DNA from: Pseudodesulfovibrio piezophilus C1TLV30
Lineage (GTDB): Bacteria; Desulfobacterota; Desulfovibrionia; Desulfovibrionales; Desulfovibrionaceae
Direction: 5' to 3'
DNA length: 32,000 nucleotides
Assembly: GCF_000341895.1 (NCBI RefSeq)
Contig: NC_020409.1
Location: forward strand, 1,350,001-1,382,000
Position numbers and translations under genes: made by a program. Below, in pieces: positions 22,705-31,490 of the stretch. The notes under the pieces were generated by a model. The model ran no database searches. It was not told where the DNA came from and saw only the letters and a list, made by a program, of their open reading frames with translations. Each line of letters starts with the position of its first letter. The stretch's first letter is position 1.

Positions 22705-24461
22705 TCCCACTTCTTCCTGTAGTCGAAATGAACACGGTTTACTGCCTGCTTCGTGTTTTTTTCCTGATTCATGGAACCGGTTGTCTCTCGGAATGCATCC
22801 AGAGTCAGTTCCGTCTCCGACGCCATACCACTGGCTGCCGCATCAGCATCGGTATCCAATTCCAGAATTCCGGCATCAATGGTAATGGAGGTTGTGACCT
22901 GTTGTCCTTCCAATCCCTGCACCATCACCGAGTGGGTTTCCAACGTATCCGAACCATGGCCGACATCTATGCTCTCGCGCATGCTCATGGATTGCCTGCC
23001 TGTTAAATTCCCGTCCTTGAAATCTTCCCGAACATGTGATGTCTTTCGGAGAACACCGGGACTTTCATTCTCTGTCAGCGCATGGCCTTTCTCAAAATAA
23101 AGGGCACGCTCACGTTGGAAGAATGAGGATTCATGGGCTTCCTGTGTGTCTTTTTGACGCATCACCATCTCACCATCACGGTATATCTCATCTGTCCAAG
23201 AAATCGAGTAGGGTTGATTCGGACTGCCGCTGGAGGAAATATCCGCTGCCACGCTGTAATCATTGGCTCCAATATGCCGATTGAGACCTTCCACAAACAA
23301 CTCCGGCTCGGAGCTGCTGCGCAAGAAATTTGTGTTCATCAGGTCCACGGCTGACTGTGGCTCTTTTCCCAGGTATTGCTCAGTCGACACCCCCAACGAG
23401 TCGAGGATATTCGGACGCCCCCCAAGTTGAGCTGTTTCAGTTTCTGACAAACTCATGGTCCCGTAACTCTGCTTTATCAACTCGCCCTTGGCATACCACG
23501 CGACACTGACAGCCTGCTCCTGCTTTCCATCGCTCTTGTCATCGGCCTTATCTTGCTGTTTATCCCTGAATTGAGCATCCCGTATGAGATTGCCATCCGA
23601 GTCGTAATCCTTCACTGTCACAGAGACATTTGTGTTGTGCTCCAACTCTCGCGTGCTTCTCGCTTCCATATTTCCGACATCATTATACGACCTGTTGGAC
23701 AACTGCTTGTAACGCCCCTCATGATCAAGAGTGACCTCACGCGCCAATTGACTATTCGAGCCGAATTCACGAATCTCGGCATGATACGATGCTATATGTT
23801 TTTGATGAGTCAAAGCCGTTGAGAGTGCTTCAACATCGGGAACGACCTTGTCCGTCCCCTTTTGCAGCAAAGACTTGATACGAGTCATGGCCTCATCATC
23901 GCTATGAATCGAGCTATTCCAAGTACTGAGCACCATGGAATCCTGCATCTCCCCTTTGAGCATACCGTCATCATACCACTGAACGCTGCGCTCCATGGAG
24001 GATTGAGTCCAGCCCTGTGTTCCTTCCAATTCCTGAATATCCGTATGGATAACCTGACTCAGGTCACCTGAAGCATCATAATATTCCGTATCAAAAGACG
24101 CACCGTTCTCGGCAATACTTCCTGTGATCGACTTGACCAGATGACCATGATTATATTCCAAAATCTCAAGAGAATCACCATCAATGGATATTGTCTGCTC
24201 ATTGCCGTTTTTCAGTATGAAGGTTCCCTCTTTCAACCCGGAGGACAACTCCCATTTTGATCCGGAATTTTCGGCATCAGCCTTTTTGTTACTTTCGCGA
24301 ATCATTGCCGCGTTATCCAATTGAGCACGCATCTTGACTGTCACGTCATTGCTGAGAGTGACAGTATCACCTTGTTGGGAAAGTGAAGAAGAATCCTTCC
24401 TGGCAATCTGCTGTGGAATGGCTGCGGTAAAAAAAATGGAACCATCTACAGGATTAATCAT
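22701..24461 (-). CDS. Hypothetical 586-aa acidic protein with degenerate YD/MORN-variant-like repeats; no family recognised
   Basis: ATG 24461 has GGGAG 7 nt upstream; the track start TTG 24506 is less likely. Recurrent [WY]-[YD]-x-x-G-x-[LM] units are present. No signal peptide or TM segments. Confidence 0.7.
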   Translation of the reverse strand: MINPVDGSIFFTAAIPQQIARKDSSSLSQQGDTVTLSNDVTVKMRAQLDNAAMIRESNKKADAENSGSKWELSSGLKEGTFILKNGNEQTISIDGDSLEILEYNHGHLVKSITGSIAENGASFDTEYYDASGDLSQVIHTDIQELEGTQGWTQSSMERSVQWYDDGMLKGEMQDSMVLSTWNSSIHSDDEAMTRIKSLLQKGTDKVVPDVEALSTALTHQKHIASYHAEIREFGSNSQLAREVTLDHEGRYKQLSNRSYNDVGNMEARSTRELEHNTNVSVTVKDYDSDGNLIRDAQFRDKQQDKADDKSDGKQEQAVSVAWYAKGELIKQSYGTMSLSETETAQLGGRPNILDSLGVSTEQYLGKEPQSAVDLMNTNFLRSSSEPELFVEGLNRHIGANDYSVAADISSSGSPNQPYSISWTDEIYRDGEMVMRQKDTQEAHESSFFQRERALYFEKGHALTENESPGVLRKTSHVREDFKDGNLTGRQSMSMRESIDVGHGSDTLETHSVMVQGLEGQQVTTSITIDAGILELDTDADAAASGMASETELTLDAFRETTGSMNQEKNTKQAVNRVHFDYRKKWD

Positions 24462-24665
24462 GTCGAGACTCCCGATTGAAGAAACATATACATGAAGCCC
24501 ATCCAAACATTTCGGATGCTGTCATTAAAAACCTCATCGGGAAAACTTTATGTTTCTTTATATTCATGAAGGGATTATATCTAGACCAATGCCCCCTTCT
24601 CCACCCGGAGCGCATTCCCTCTCCTTGCCCATGTATACGAGCATACGCATTCGGATATGACTGAC

Positions 24666-24706
24666 AAAAAAACAGACTGCCTGTACTGCGGCAGTCTGTT
24701 TTTTTA
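24666..24706. terminator. Bidirectional rho-independent terminator
   Basis: A7 - ACAGACTGCC (24672-24681) - 8-nt loop - GGCAGTCTGT (24690-24699) - T7. Confidence 0.75.
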
Positions 24707-24736
24707 TCTCATCTCTCAAGAGTACGTAGCCCTGCA

Positions 24737-25120
24737 TCAGTCATTGCCATCGCGTTCATCAAAGACTTCTTTAGCGCCCGACAATGCATTCAACGCAGCA
24801 GGGAAACCGGCATAAACTGCAAGCTGAATGAAGGACTCCACAATCTCTTCCCGAGTCCACCCAACATTGAGCGCACCGTTGACATGAACCTTTAACTGAG
24901 GAGCACACCCACCCATGGCCCCAAGGGCAGCGATCGTCACCAATTCCCGATCCTTGAGCGACAGTTGAGGCCTGGAATACACGTCACCAAAAGGGAATTC
25001 GATCAAAAGCCGACCGAAGTCTGGTGAAATGGCATCCAATGCCTCAATGACCTTATCGCCCATTTCCCCATCCACCTCGCGTAATTTTTCCAATCCGCGT
25101 TCATACCGTTCGTTGTTCAT
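24737..25120 (-). CDS. Carboxymuconolactone decarboxylase (CMD/AhpD-like) family protein
   Basis: FGDVYSRPQLSLKDRELVTIAALGAMGG...QLKVHVNGALNVGWTREEIVE... is typical of PF02627. Confidence 0.85.
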   Translation of the reverse strand: MNNERYERGLEKLREVDGEMGDKVIEALDAISPDFGRLLIEFPFGDVYSRPQLSLKDRELVTIAALGAMGGCAPQLKVHVNGALNVGWTREEIVESFIQLAVYAGFPAALNALSGAKEVFDERDGND

Positions 25121-25209
25121 GACAACCTCCTTTTGAGACTCAATACGTCCCTCGGATTAATACGTCCAATACCCCTTTCATGATTCTGTGATATGTTTTA
25201 CAAATCAGT

Positions 25210-26094
25210 ATGAACACAAAACAGATGCTCTACTTCCTGACTGTTGCCGAAGAATTGAATTTCAGAAAAGCAGCGGTACGCTTGCATATGACACAACCAC
25301 CGCTCTCGATGCAGATTGCTACGCTGGAAGAAGAACTCGGAGTGCGCCTTTTCAGGCGAGACAGGCGGCGAGTGGAGTTGACTGAGGCCGGAAAAATTCT
25401 TGCCCACGATACGCGAAAGATTCTCTCTGATATAGAATCGGCCCAACAGCGAGCCATAGACGTCGGTAACGGAATAACAGGCCGCTTGCGTGTGGGATTT
25501 GTCGGCCCGGCCATAGATGGCCCCCTTGCCCCTGACTTGAAAAAATTTCGGACCCAAAATCCTGAAGTTGTTTTTGAATTAACAGAGGCAACAACGGAAA
25601 AACAAATTCGCATGGTCCGGGAACAGGAACTGAATATGGGGATAGTACGTCTTCTCGGGCATGATACCACAGCCCTCGCCTGTACCCTCTACCATGCAGA
25701 AACATACGTCCTCGCAGTTCCACAGGACCATCTCCTTGCCAATGAGAAATCTGTCTCCCTGACACAACTCGATAATGAGCCACTTATCTTCTTTCCAAGG
25801 CACATCAATCCAACCCTACACGACGCATGGATTACAGCCTTTGCCAAGGCTCAAGCACGAATGCGGAGAGTCCAGCAAACAGTCACCAAGCATACGTCCG
25901 TAGCTCTGGTTGCTGCCGGGCATGGGGTGGCTCTTGTTCCGGAGTCCACAGCGCGTACCGGACGCGCTGGAGTTCGATTTATCCCGCTGCGAGGAATAGT
26001 GCCCACTCTCGAGATCCACTTGATCCATGATCAGCGAAGGCTTTTCCCTCTGGCCGACTCCTTCCACCACTTTCTCCTTAACCAACCAAAATGA
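25210..26094 (+). CDS. LysR-family transcriptional regulator, divergent from the CMD gene
   Basis: MNTKQMLYFLTVAEELNFRKAAVRLHMTQPPLSMQIATLEEELGVRLF is a canonical LysR HTH. Confidence 0.9.
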   Translation: MNTKQMLYFLTVAEELNFRKAAVRLHMTQPPLSMQIATLEEELGVRLFRRDRRRVELTEAGKILAHDTRKILSDIESAQQRAIDVGNGITGRLRVGFVGPAIDGPLAPDLKKFRTQNPEVVFELTEATTEKQIRMVREQELNMGIVRLLGHDTTALACTLYHAETYVLAVPQDHLLANEKSVSLTQLDNEPLIFFPRHINPTLHDAWITAFAKAQARMRRVQQTVTKHTSVALVAAGHGVALVPESTARTGRAGVRFIPLRGIVPTLEIHLIHDQRRLFPLADSFHHFLLNQPK

Positions 26095-26176
26095 ACAGAA
26101 GGAAAGCCAGATCAATCCGTTTTCCCGGACAACTCCACCTTGCCAGCGGCAGGGCTGATACTGTACGGTGCGCCCC

Positions 26177-27337
26177 ATGATGAGAACCGATGTAGACAGA
26201 CATATACTCCTCAAGGAAGTACGCCGAATAGTGGTCAAAGTCGGAAGTGCCGTACTGGCCACGAAAGACGGCCTGAACCCGGACTCCATTGACAGGTTGG
26301 CAACCCAACTGTCCGCTCTGATCGATCGGGGAATGGACGTTGTCCTGGTCTCATCCGGTGCGGTGGCTGCCGGAAGACAACGCATCTGTGAACGGACCCG
26401 ACAGTGTCGCAAGGAATATGATGACATGGCTTCCCGCCAAGCGGCGTCGGCCATTGGTCAGGGCCGCCTCATGCATGACTACGATGAAGCCTTTGCCAAA
26501 CACGGCAAAGTCACCGCACAAATTCTCCTGACACGGAGCGGACTCAAGGACCGGGAGCGCTTTCTCAATGCCCGGAATACACTGGAACGGCTGCTTGAAT
26601 GGAAAGTCATCCCGATCATCAATGAGAATGACACAGTCTCCACCCACGAACTCGAATTCGGCGACAATGATACCCTAGGCGCGATGTGTCTCGGGCTAAC
26701 AGGCTCCGACCTTTTTGTGAATCTTACCAGTGCGAACGGCGTTTTTGATCGAAACCCGGAGACACACCCCGAAGCACGATCCATCCCGGTCATCGACAAC
26801 ATCGCCTGCCTGGATATCGAAGCCATGTGTGATGGTAAAACCAGTGTCGGTACGGGCGGCATGTACTCAAAACTTCGTGCGGCCAGACGCGCGGCCCAGT
26901 TGGGCATCCCGACTCTCATTGTTTCAGGCAAAGGGGAGTTTGACATTCTTGCGGCCCTCGACGGAGCGGACCACGGCACTCTCGTCCTGCCGGAGAGCCG
27001 CACAGTCTCCAGCAAAAAGTTCTGGCTCGCTTACCATGACGATCCCTCCGGGGCCATCCGAGTAGACAAAGGAGCAGCCAACGCATTGCTCACCAAAGGC
27101 AAATCTCTGCTTCCTATCGGCATCAGCGCCGTGGACGGCTGTTTTGAACGAGGCGCACTGGTCTTTATCAAGACCCTTGAGGGCGATGAACTCGGTGTTG
27201 GATTAAGCAATTTCTCTTCTGCCGAACTGGAACGGATCAAAGGGAAAAAGACTGCCGATTTACCCGCGATCATCGGGCCGACCTCCTCTGATGAGGCCGT
27301 GCACCGCGACAACATGCTGCTTGATGCAGCCATATAA
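26177..27337 (+). CDS. proB: Glutamate 5-kinase with a C-terminal PUA domain
   Basis: RIVVKVGSAVL, VLVSSGAVAAG, and INENDTV motifs. The start is ambiguous (GTG 26168, or ATG 26177/26180). Confidence 0.92.
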   Translation: MMRTDVDRHILLKEVRRIVVKVGSAVLATKDGLNPDSIDRLATQLSALIDRGMDVVLVSSGAVAAGRQRICERTRQCRKEYDDMASRQAASAIGQGRLMHDYDEAFAKHGKVTAQILLTRSGLKDRERFLNARNTLERLLEWKVIPIINENDTVSTHELEFGDNDTLGAMCLGLTGSDLFVNLTSANGVFDRNPETHPEARSIPVIDNIACLDIEAMCDGKTSVGTGGMYSKLRAARRAAQLGIPTLIVSGKGEFDILAALDGADHGTLVLPESRTVSSKKFWLAYHDDPSGAIRVDKGAANALLTKGKSLLPIGISAVDGCFERGALVFIKTLEGDELGVGLSNFSSAELERIKGKKTADLPAIIGPTSSDEAVHRDNMLLDAAI

Positions 27338-27349
27338 CCGGAGGGCGCT

Positions 27350-28507
27350 TTGAGGCGACTCTATCTCGATAAGAATCTGCAATTGACTTTCTGCGTGACA
27401 CTGATGGCCATCCTCGGTGTATCGAGCATTATCCCGGCTCTACCGGACATCATGACAGGACTCCACATGAGCCCGGTTCAGATAGGACTGGTTATCTCCG
27501 TCTTCACCCTACCCGGAATCCTGGTCTCTCCCTTGGTCGGCATTCTTGCAGACCGTATCGGACGAAAAGTCATTCTTGTCCCATCATTGTTCATTTTCGG
27601 ATGCTTCGGTTTTTTCTGTTTCTTTGCCCAATCCATGGAGCAACTGCTTATCCTCCGTTTCATGCAGGGACTCGGAGCAGGACCGCTGGGAGTCATTTAC
27701 GGAACTCTCATCGGCGATTTGTACCAAGGAGATGAACGCGGCCAGGCCATGGGTTACAATGCGAGCGTGCTTGCCATAGGAACCGCAGCCTTTCCCGGCC
27801 TTGGCGGAGCACTTGCCATGCTCGGATGGAACTATCCTTTCCTGCTGCCCCTGATTGCCATCCCACTGGGACTGGTGATTGCCACTCAGCTGGATACACC
27901 GGAACCCACCTCTTCCGGGAGTCTCAAAAATTATTTCCGGGATGCCTTCCAACTCATGAAAACGCGGCAGGTCCTCAGCCTCTTTGCCACAACAATGGCC
28001 ACCTTCATCGTCCTGTACGGCCCTATCGTGACTTACCTGCCTATTCTGTTAAGTCATCGGTTCCATGCCTCTCCCGTTTCCATCGGTATGGTTTTTCTCA
28101 TCTCATCCGGTTTTACAGGAATGGCTGCATTCCAACTGGGCAGACTCTCCAGCCGGTTCAGTCACCGTTTTCTTCTGGGGAGCGCAGGTCTCTTGTATGG
28201 TCTCGCCATGCTACTCATTCCAATGACCCCGAGCATCTGGTTCGTGATCCCCGCTGTAATGTGCTTCGGCCTGGCTCAGGGGTTGAATATTCCCACAGTG
28301 ATGACCATGCTGACCACTATTGCCCCCATGGAACAACGTGGGGCATTCATGGCAGCCAACGGACTGACCCTGAGACTTGCCCAGACCGTCGCCCCTCTCC
28401 TGATGGGTGGCATATACAGCCTCTTCGGTATCCAGGCGGTCTACATGGGAGGGCTGCTCTGTGCCCTTGTCATTCTGTTGCTGGCCTTTTTCTGTATACA
28501 AGACTAG
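27350..28507 (+). CDS. MFS transporter
   Basis: 12-TM pattern. The loop 2-3 motif GILADRIGRKVIL is present. TTG start lies 4 nt after GGAGGG. Confidence 0.85.
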   Translation: MRRLYLDKNLQLTFCVTLMAILGVSSIIPALPDIMTGLHMSPVQIGLVISVFTLPGILVSPLVGILADRIGRKVILVPSLFIFGCFGFFCFFAQSMEQLLILRFMQGLGAGPLGVIYGTLIGDLYQGDERGQAMGYNASVLAIGTAAFPGLGGALAMLGWNYPFLLPLIAIPLGLVIATQLDTPEPTSSGSLKNYFRDAFQLMKTRQVLSLFATTMATFIVLYGPIVTYLPILLSHRFHASPVSIGMVFLISSGFTGMAAFQLGRLSSRFSHRFLLGSAGLLYGLAMLLIPMTPSIWFVIPAVMCFGLAQGLNIPTVMTMLTTIAPMEQRGAFMAANGLTLRLAQTVAPLLMGGIYSLFGIQAVYMGGLLCALVILLLAFFCIQD

Positions 28508-28516
28508 GCTTCAAGG

Positions 28517-29467
28517 ATGTCTCAACACATCCTCTCCACTGGACAAACCTTCTGTGCCGACCAGGACGGGTCGATAATTTCCTGCGGCAATACTGGGCAG
28601 GATGCAGAATTCTCGCCCGGACAGGCATGGGACCCGACACGATTTATCCCCGATGGAGAGGCAATCCTAGATACGACAACCGGTCTGGTCTGGCTGAAAG
28701 ATGCCAATCCTGTCGGATTCCCCATAACTTGGCAGGAAGCATTCGAATTCGTCCAAACCATGAATAAGGACCATGTAGCAGGCTTTACTGACTGGCGCCT
28801 CCCGAATCGTCGCGAACTTTTCAGTCTGGTTTCCTTTGATTCCCACTCCCCTTCACTGCCTGCCGGGCATCCTTTCACCAATGTCTTTCATGGGTGGTAC
28901 TGGACCTCGACCACATCAGCCATGCACGAAAGTCAGGCATGGCACCTCCATATGATGGGAGGAAGAATGTTCTGGGGAAACAAGACCGGGTATGAACTCG
29001 TCTGGCCTGTACGAGGGCGTTCGGAAATACTTCCTGCGCCAACAGCAGGTCCATCGAAAGATGGTTCAGTCTGGCCGGAACCTCGCTTTGAGGATCATGG
29101 GGAGATCGTTACCGACAGGTTGACCCACCTCTGCTGGACCCGCCTAGCGGATCTCGCCCCAGGACCGGTCTCATGGAAAGATGCGTTTACCGTGGTCAAA
29201 AAACTGAATACGACCGGATTCGCCAGCCTCTCCGGATGGCGTCTCCCCACCATCAGGGAATTCGAATCCCTGACAGAAAGCCAGAACCATTCACCAGCTC
29301 TGCCAACCGGCCACCCTTTCACCAATACCCGCGAAGCATACTGGTCATCCACCAACAGTGGGTACGAAGCAAATTGGGCCATGTGTCACTACCTTGACAA
29401 GGGAGCAATCGGAGTCGGCTACAAACGTGACAAGGGATTTCACGTCTGGGCCGTCAGAGCACCCTAA
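28517..29467 (+). CDS. DUF1566 (Lcl C-terminal domain)-containing protein, two tandem domains
   Basis: Two copies of the characteristic motif: TGLVWLKD...W..A...V...GFTDWRLPNRRELFSL and ...SGWRLPTIREFESL. Confidence 0.75.
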   Translation: MSQHILSTGQTFCADQDGSIISCGNTGQDAEFSPGQAWDPTRFIPDGEAILDTTTGLVWLKDANPVGFPITWQEAFEFVQTMNKDHVAGFTDWRLPNRRELFSLVSFDSHSPSLPAGHPFTNVFHGWYWTSTTSAMHESQAWHLHMMGGRMFWGNKTGYELVWPVRGRSEILPAPTAGPSKDGSVWPEPRFEDHGEIVTDRLTHLCWTRLADLAPGPVSWKDAFTVVKKLNTTGFASLSGWRLPTIREFESLTESQNHSPALPTGHPFTNTREAYWSSTNSGYEANWAMCHYLDKGAIGVGYKRDKGFHVWAVRAP

Positions 29468-29530
29468 TATCTCGCACGTCTTTTGCCGATAGAGAGAATA
29501 AGGAACTCAACGGGAACCAAGGAGGGTGCC

Positions 29531-29674
29531 ATGACCTTACGTTCACATCTTCAACACAGACTCAACCCGCTCCATCTCTATTGTCGATTGCGGGCCATCG
29601 GTTTTGCGGATAAGGCCGCAAGGACTCTCACTGGATGCTATGAAAAAATCGTCTATCGTCGCGTCCTGGCTTGA
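29531..29674 (+). CDS. Possible 47-aa basic protein (MTLRSHLQHRLNPLHLYCRLRAIGFADKAARTLTGCYEKIVYRRVLA)
   Basis: AAGGAGGG lies 5 nt upstream of ATG 29531. No family recognised. Confidence 0.35.
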   Translation: MTLRSHLQHRLNPLHLYCRLRAIGFADKAARTLTGCYEKIVYRRVLA

Positions 29675-29742
29675 TCAGACACAAACACACTCCGGGTTTC
29701 TCCGACACTTGTTCAACCCCACCCGCCCCGGAGTTTTTCTTT

Positions 29743-30090
29743 TTATTTTTTTCTCCTGTATCTGAGGATAAAACCATCCAGAGCATCACGCTGCCGTTCC
29801 ATATGGAGAACCCAGGCTTCCAGGATTTCCCTCCCCTCAGGAGTAATGGAATACACACGTTTGGCCGGACCATCGCCTCTTGAATCCCACCTGGAAAGAA
29901 CCAACCCCTCTTCATCCATTTGCCGCAAGTGTCTATAGACCATTCCGGGAGGAGCGTCCCCACGCAAAAAACCATACTCCCCAATGGTCTGGATCAACTC
30001 ATACCCATACGACGATCCCATGCTCAACGCCATGAGCAAGGATGGTTGAATATACCGTTGCGGCTTTCCGCTTCCTACATTTTTCGACAT
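29743..30090 (-). CDS. PadR-family transcriptional regulator
   Basis: LLMALSMGSSYGYELIQTI...PPGMVYRHLRQMDEEGLV...GPAKRVYSITPEG is a canonical PadR winged helix. Confidence 0.9.
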   Translation of the reverse strand: MSKNVGSGKPQRYIQPSLLMALSMGSSYGYELIQTIGEYGFLRGDAPPGMVYRHLRQMDEEGLVLSRWDSRGDGPAKRVYSITPEGREILEAWVLHMERQRDALDGFILRYRRKK

Positions 30091-30130
30091 AATTGCAAAG
30101 ACCTTCTTGACTCTATATACTTAAAGGATA

Positions 30131-30143
30131 TATGTTCAACATA
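30131..30143. promoter_or_regulatory. 13-bp palindrome TATGTT-C-AACATA in the PadR / small-gene divergent intergenic region; candidate PadR operator
   Basis: Perfect 6-bp arms containing the ATGT/ACAT core that is common in PadR operators. Confidence 0.3.
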
Positions 30144-30184
30144 GACAATAAATCCTTCAAACACAACACTACCGGGAGGACACC

Positions 30185-30397
30185 ATGAAGATTTTCGTCA
30201 GAGAACGTCGCAGATCGGATAAAGGCCAACAACGACCACGCTATCGAGTAGTTGGCGTGCAAGGTGGAGATTTGAAAATCTACGCCAAACGAATACGTAA
30301 ATGCGAACTGGCTGAACTGGCCGAACATACCGGCGCTGAAATTATCTACCTTGCACGAGGTGAGGACGAAGCAGAAGGTGTCAAGCCCAAAGGGTAA
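30185..30397 (+). CDS. Hypothetical 70-aa basic protein, divergent from padR
   Basis: GGGAGG lies 6 nt upstream of the ATG and a strong terminator follows. No family recognised. Confidence 0.5.
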   Translation: MKIFVRERRRSDKGQQRPRYRVVGVQGGDLKIYAKRIRKCELAELAEHTGAEIIYLARGEDEAEGVKPKG

Positions 30398-30447
30398 ATA
30401 AATGGCCCCTGTACCAAAGACACACAAAAGACTCATATTCAAAAAAA

Positions 30448-30487
30448 GAAAGCTCCCTCACAAACACCCGTTTGTGAAGGAGCTTTC
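30448..30487. terminator. Bidirectional rho-independent terminator between convergent genes
   Basis: 18-bp stem with one mismatch (GAAAGCTCCCTCACAAAC / GTTTGTGAAGGAGCTTTC), ACCC loop, A7 on the left and T4 on the right. Confidence 0.75.
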
Positions 30488-30531
30488 TTTTTAAAGTACA
30501 TGATATGGTTTTGGCAGCTTCTGCCGAGTAA

Positions 30532-31383
30532 TTAATCCTTGTAAACGATGGTCCCCACATGTTCGCCATTGAGCGCGGCATGTAGATGCTCCGGGTGACG
30601 CAGGACATCAATTATTTGAAACTGCTTTAATGTTTTGGCATTCTTGAGAAAAGTTAAAACAGGACGTTCGACAATCAGGTCTTCCAAATCCATCTCTATC
30701 AATTCATCGACATGAATTCTGTCAAAAAACCTGAGAGCCTCCCTGTCCTTGGCTTTCTTGGGGTCACTCTCGTACATCCCCTTTTCGTCTTTCAAATAAA
30801 TCAAGGACTTGGCGCCGATATTTTCAGCCAACAGACACGCTCCCGAGTCCGTACGATGCGGGGGAATGGAACCGACTTCCGCCGGGTGTTCAAAGAAACC
30901 ATAGGGAGGAATACCAGTGGTGATAGGCAGATATCCCTGTTGGCAATACATGTGGAGTTGCTCAAGATGGTCGCCATGCCCGATCATGGCTCCACCATGC
31001 TTGGCCAGAAGAACGGATAACATTTCGGCATTTTGTGCCGACACCTTGTCTCCGAGCTTGGAAAGCACCCCAGTGGGCATACCGAGGTCTATGCCGATAC
31101 TGTAGACATGCCGAGCACGAGTCCCTCCCCCACACATCAACAAAATCTTATGTTCTTCTTTGGCTTTGACCAGTTCTTCAAGAATCGGGAACAAAGCCGA
31201 CGCACCGCGGTCCATGATCGACTGCCCACCAATCTTGAGAACATTGACCTCCGGCTGCATACGGAAATATTCATCGGCCTCTGTTTCTCGTAGCAACCGC
31301 TTGTCAACCAGAGATTCGCCCAACAAAGGGGTCTCAATATGCAACCGTCCCTTTTCACCCTTTTCCTTGATCAGTTTACCCAT
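30532..31383 (-). CDS. Amino-acid-kinase-fold protein closely resembling molybdenum storage protein subunits (MosA/MosB family)
   Basis: VLKIGGQSIMDRGASALFPILEELV...ILLMCGGGTRARHVYSIGIDLGMPTGVLSKLGDKVSAQNAEMLSVLLAKHG...IPPHRTDSGACLLAE...LNGEHVGTIV parallels the A. vinelandii MosB sequence as I remember it. AAGGAGA lies 7 nt upstream of the ATG. Confidence 0.7.
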   Translation of the reverse strand: MGKLIKEKGEKGRLHIETPLLGESLVDKRLLRETEADEYFRMQPEVNVLKIGGQSIMDRGASALFPILEELVKAKEEHKILLMCGGGTRARHVYSIGIDLGMPTGVLSKLGDKVSAQNAEMLSVLLAKHGGAMIGHGDHLEQLHMYCQQGYLPITTGIPPYGFFEHPAEVGSIPPHRTDSGACLLAENIGAKSLIYLKDEKGMYESDPKKAKDREALRFFDRIHVDELIEMDLEDLIVERPVLTFLKNAKTLKQFQIIDVLRHPEHLHAALNGEHVGTIVYKD

Positions 31384-31490
31384 GGGGTCTGTCTCCTTGC
31401 ACCCAAAAATGTTTCATTTAATGAGAGTATTGTATCGTCTGATGACAAAAAGACAAGACAAACCCGCTTACACCCGATTCGGAATCAGAC

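Noticed and set aside
31384-31490. A possible Moco riboswitch between the MOT1-like and MoSto-like genes
   Set aside because: The intergenic region is only 107 nt, has weak local stems, and shows nothing resembling the large conserved Moco RNA architecture. It more likely contains a simple promoter and SD.
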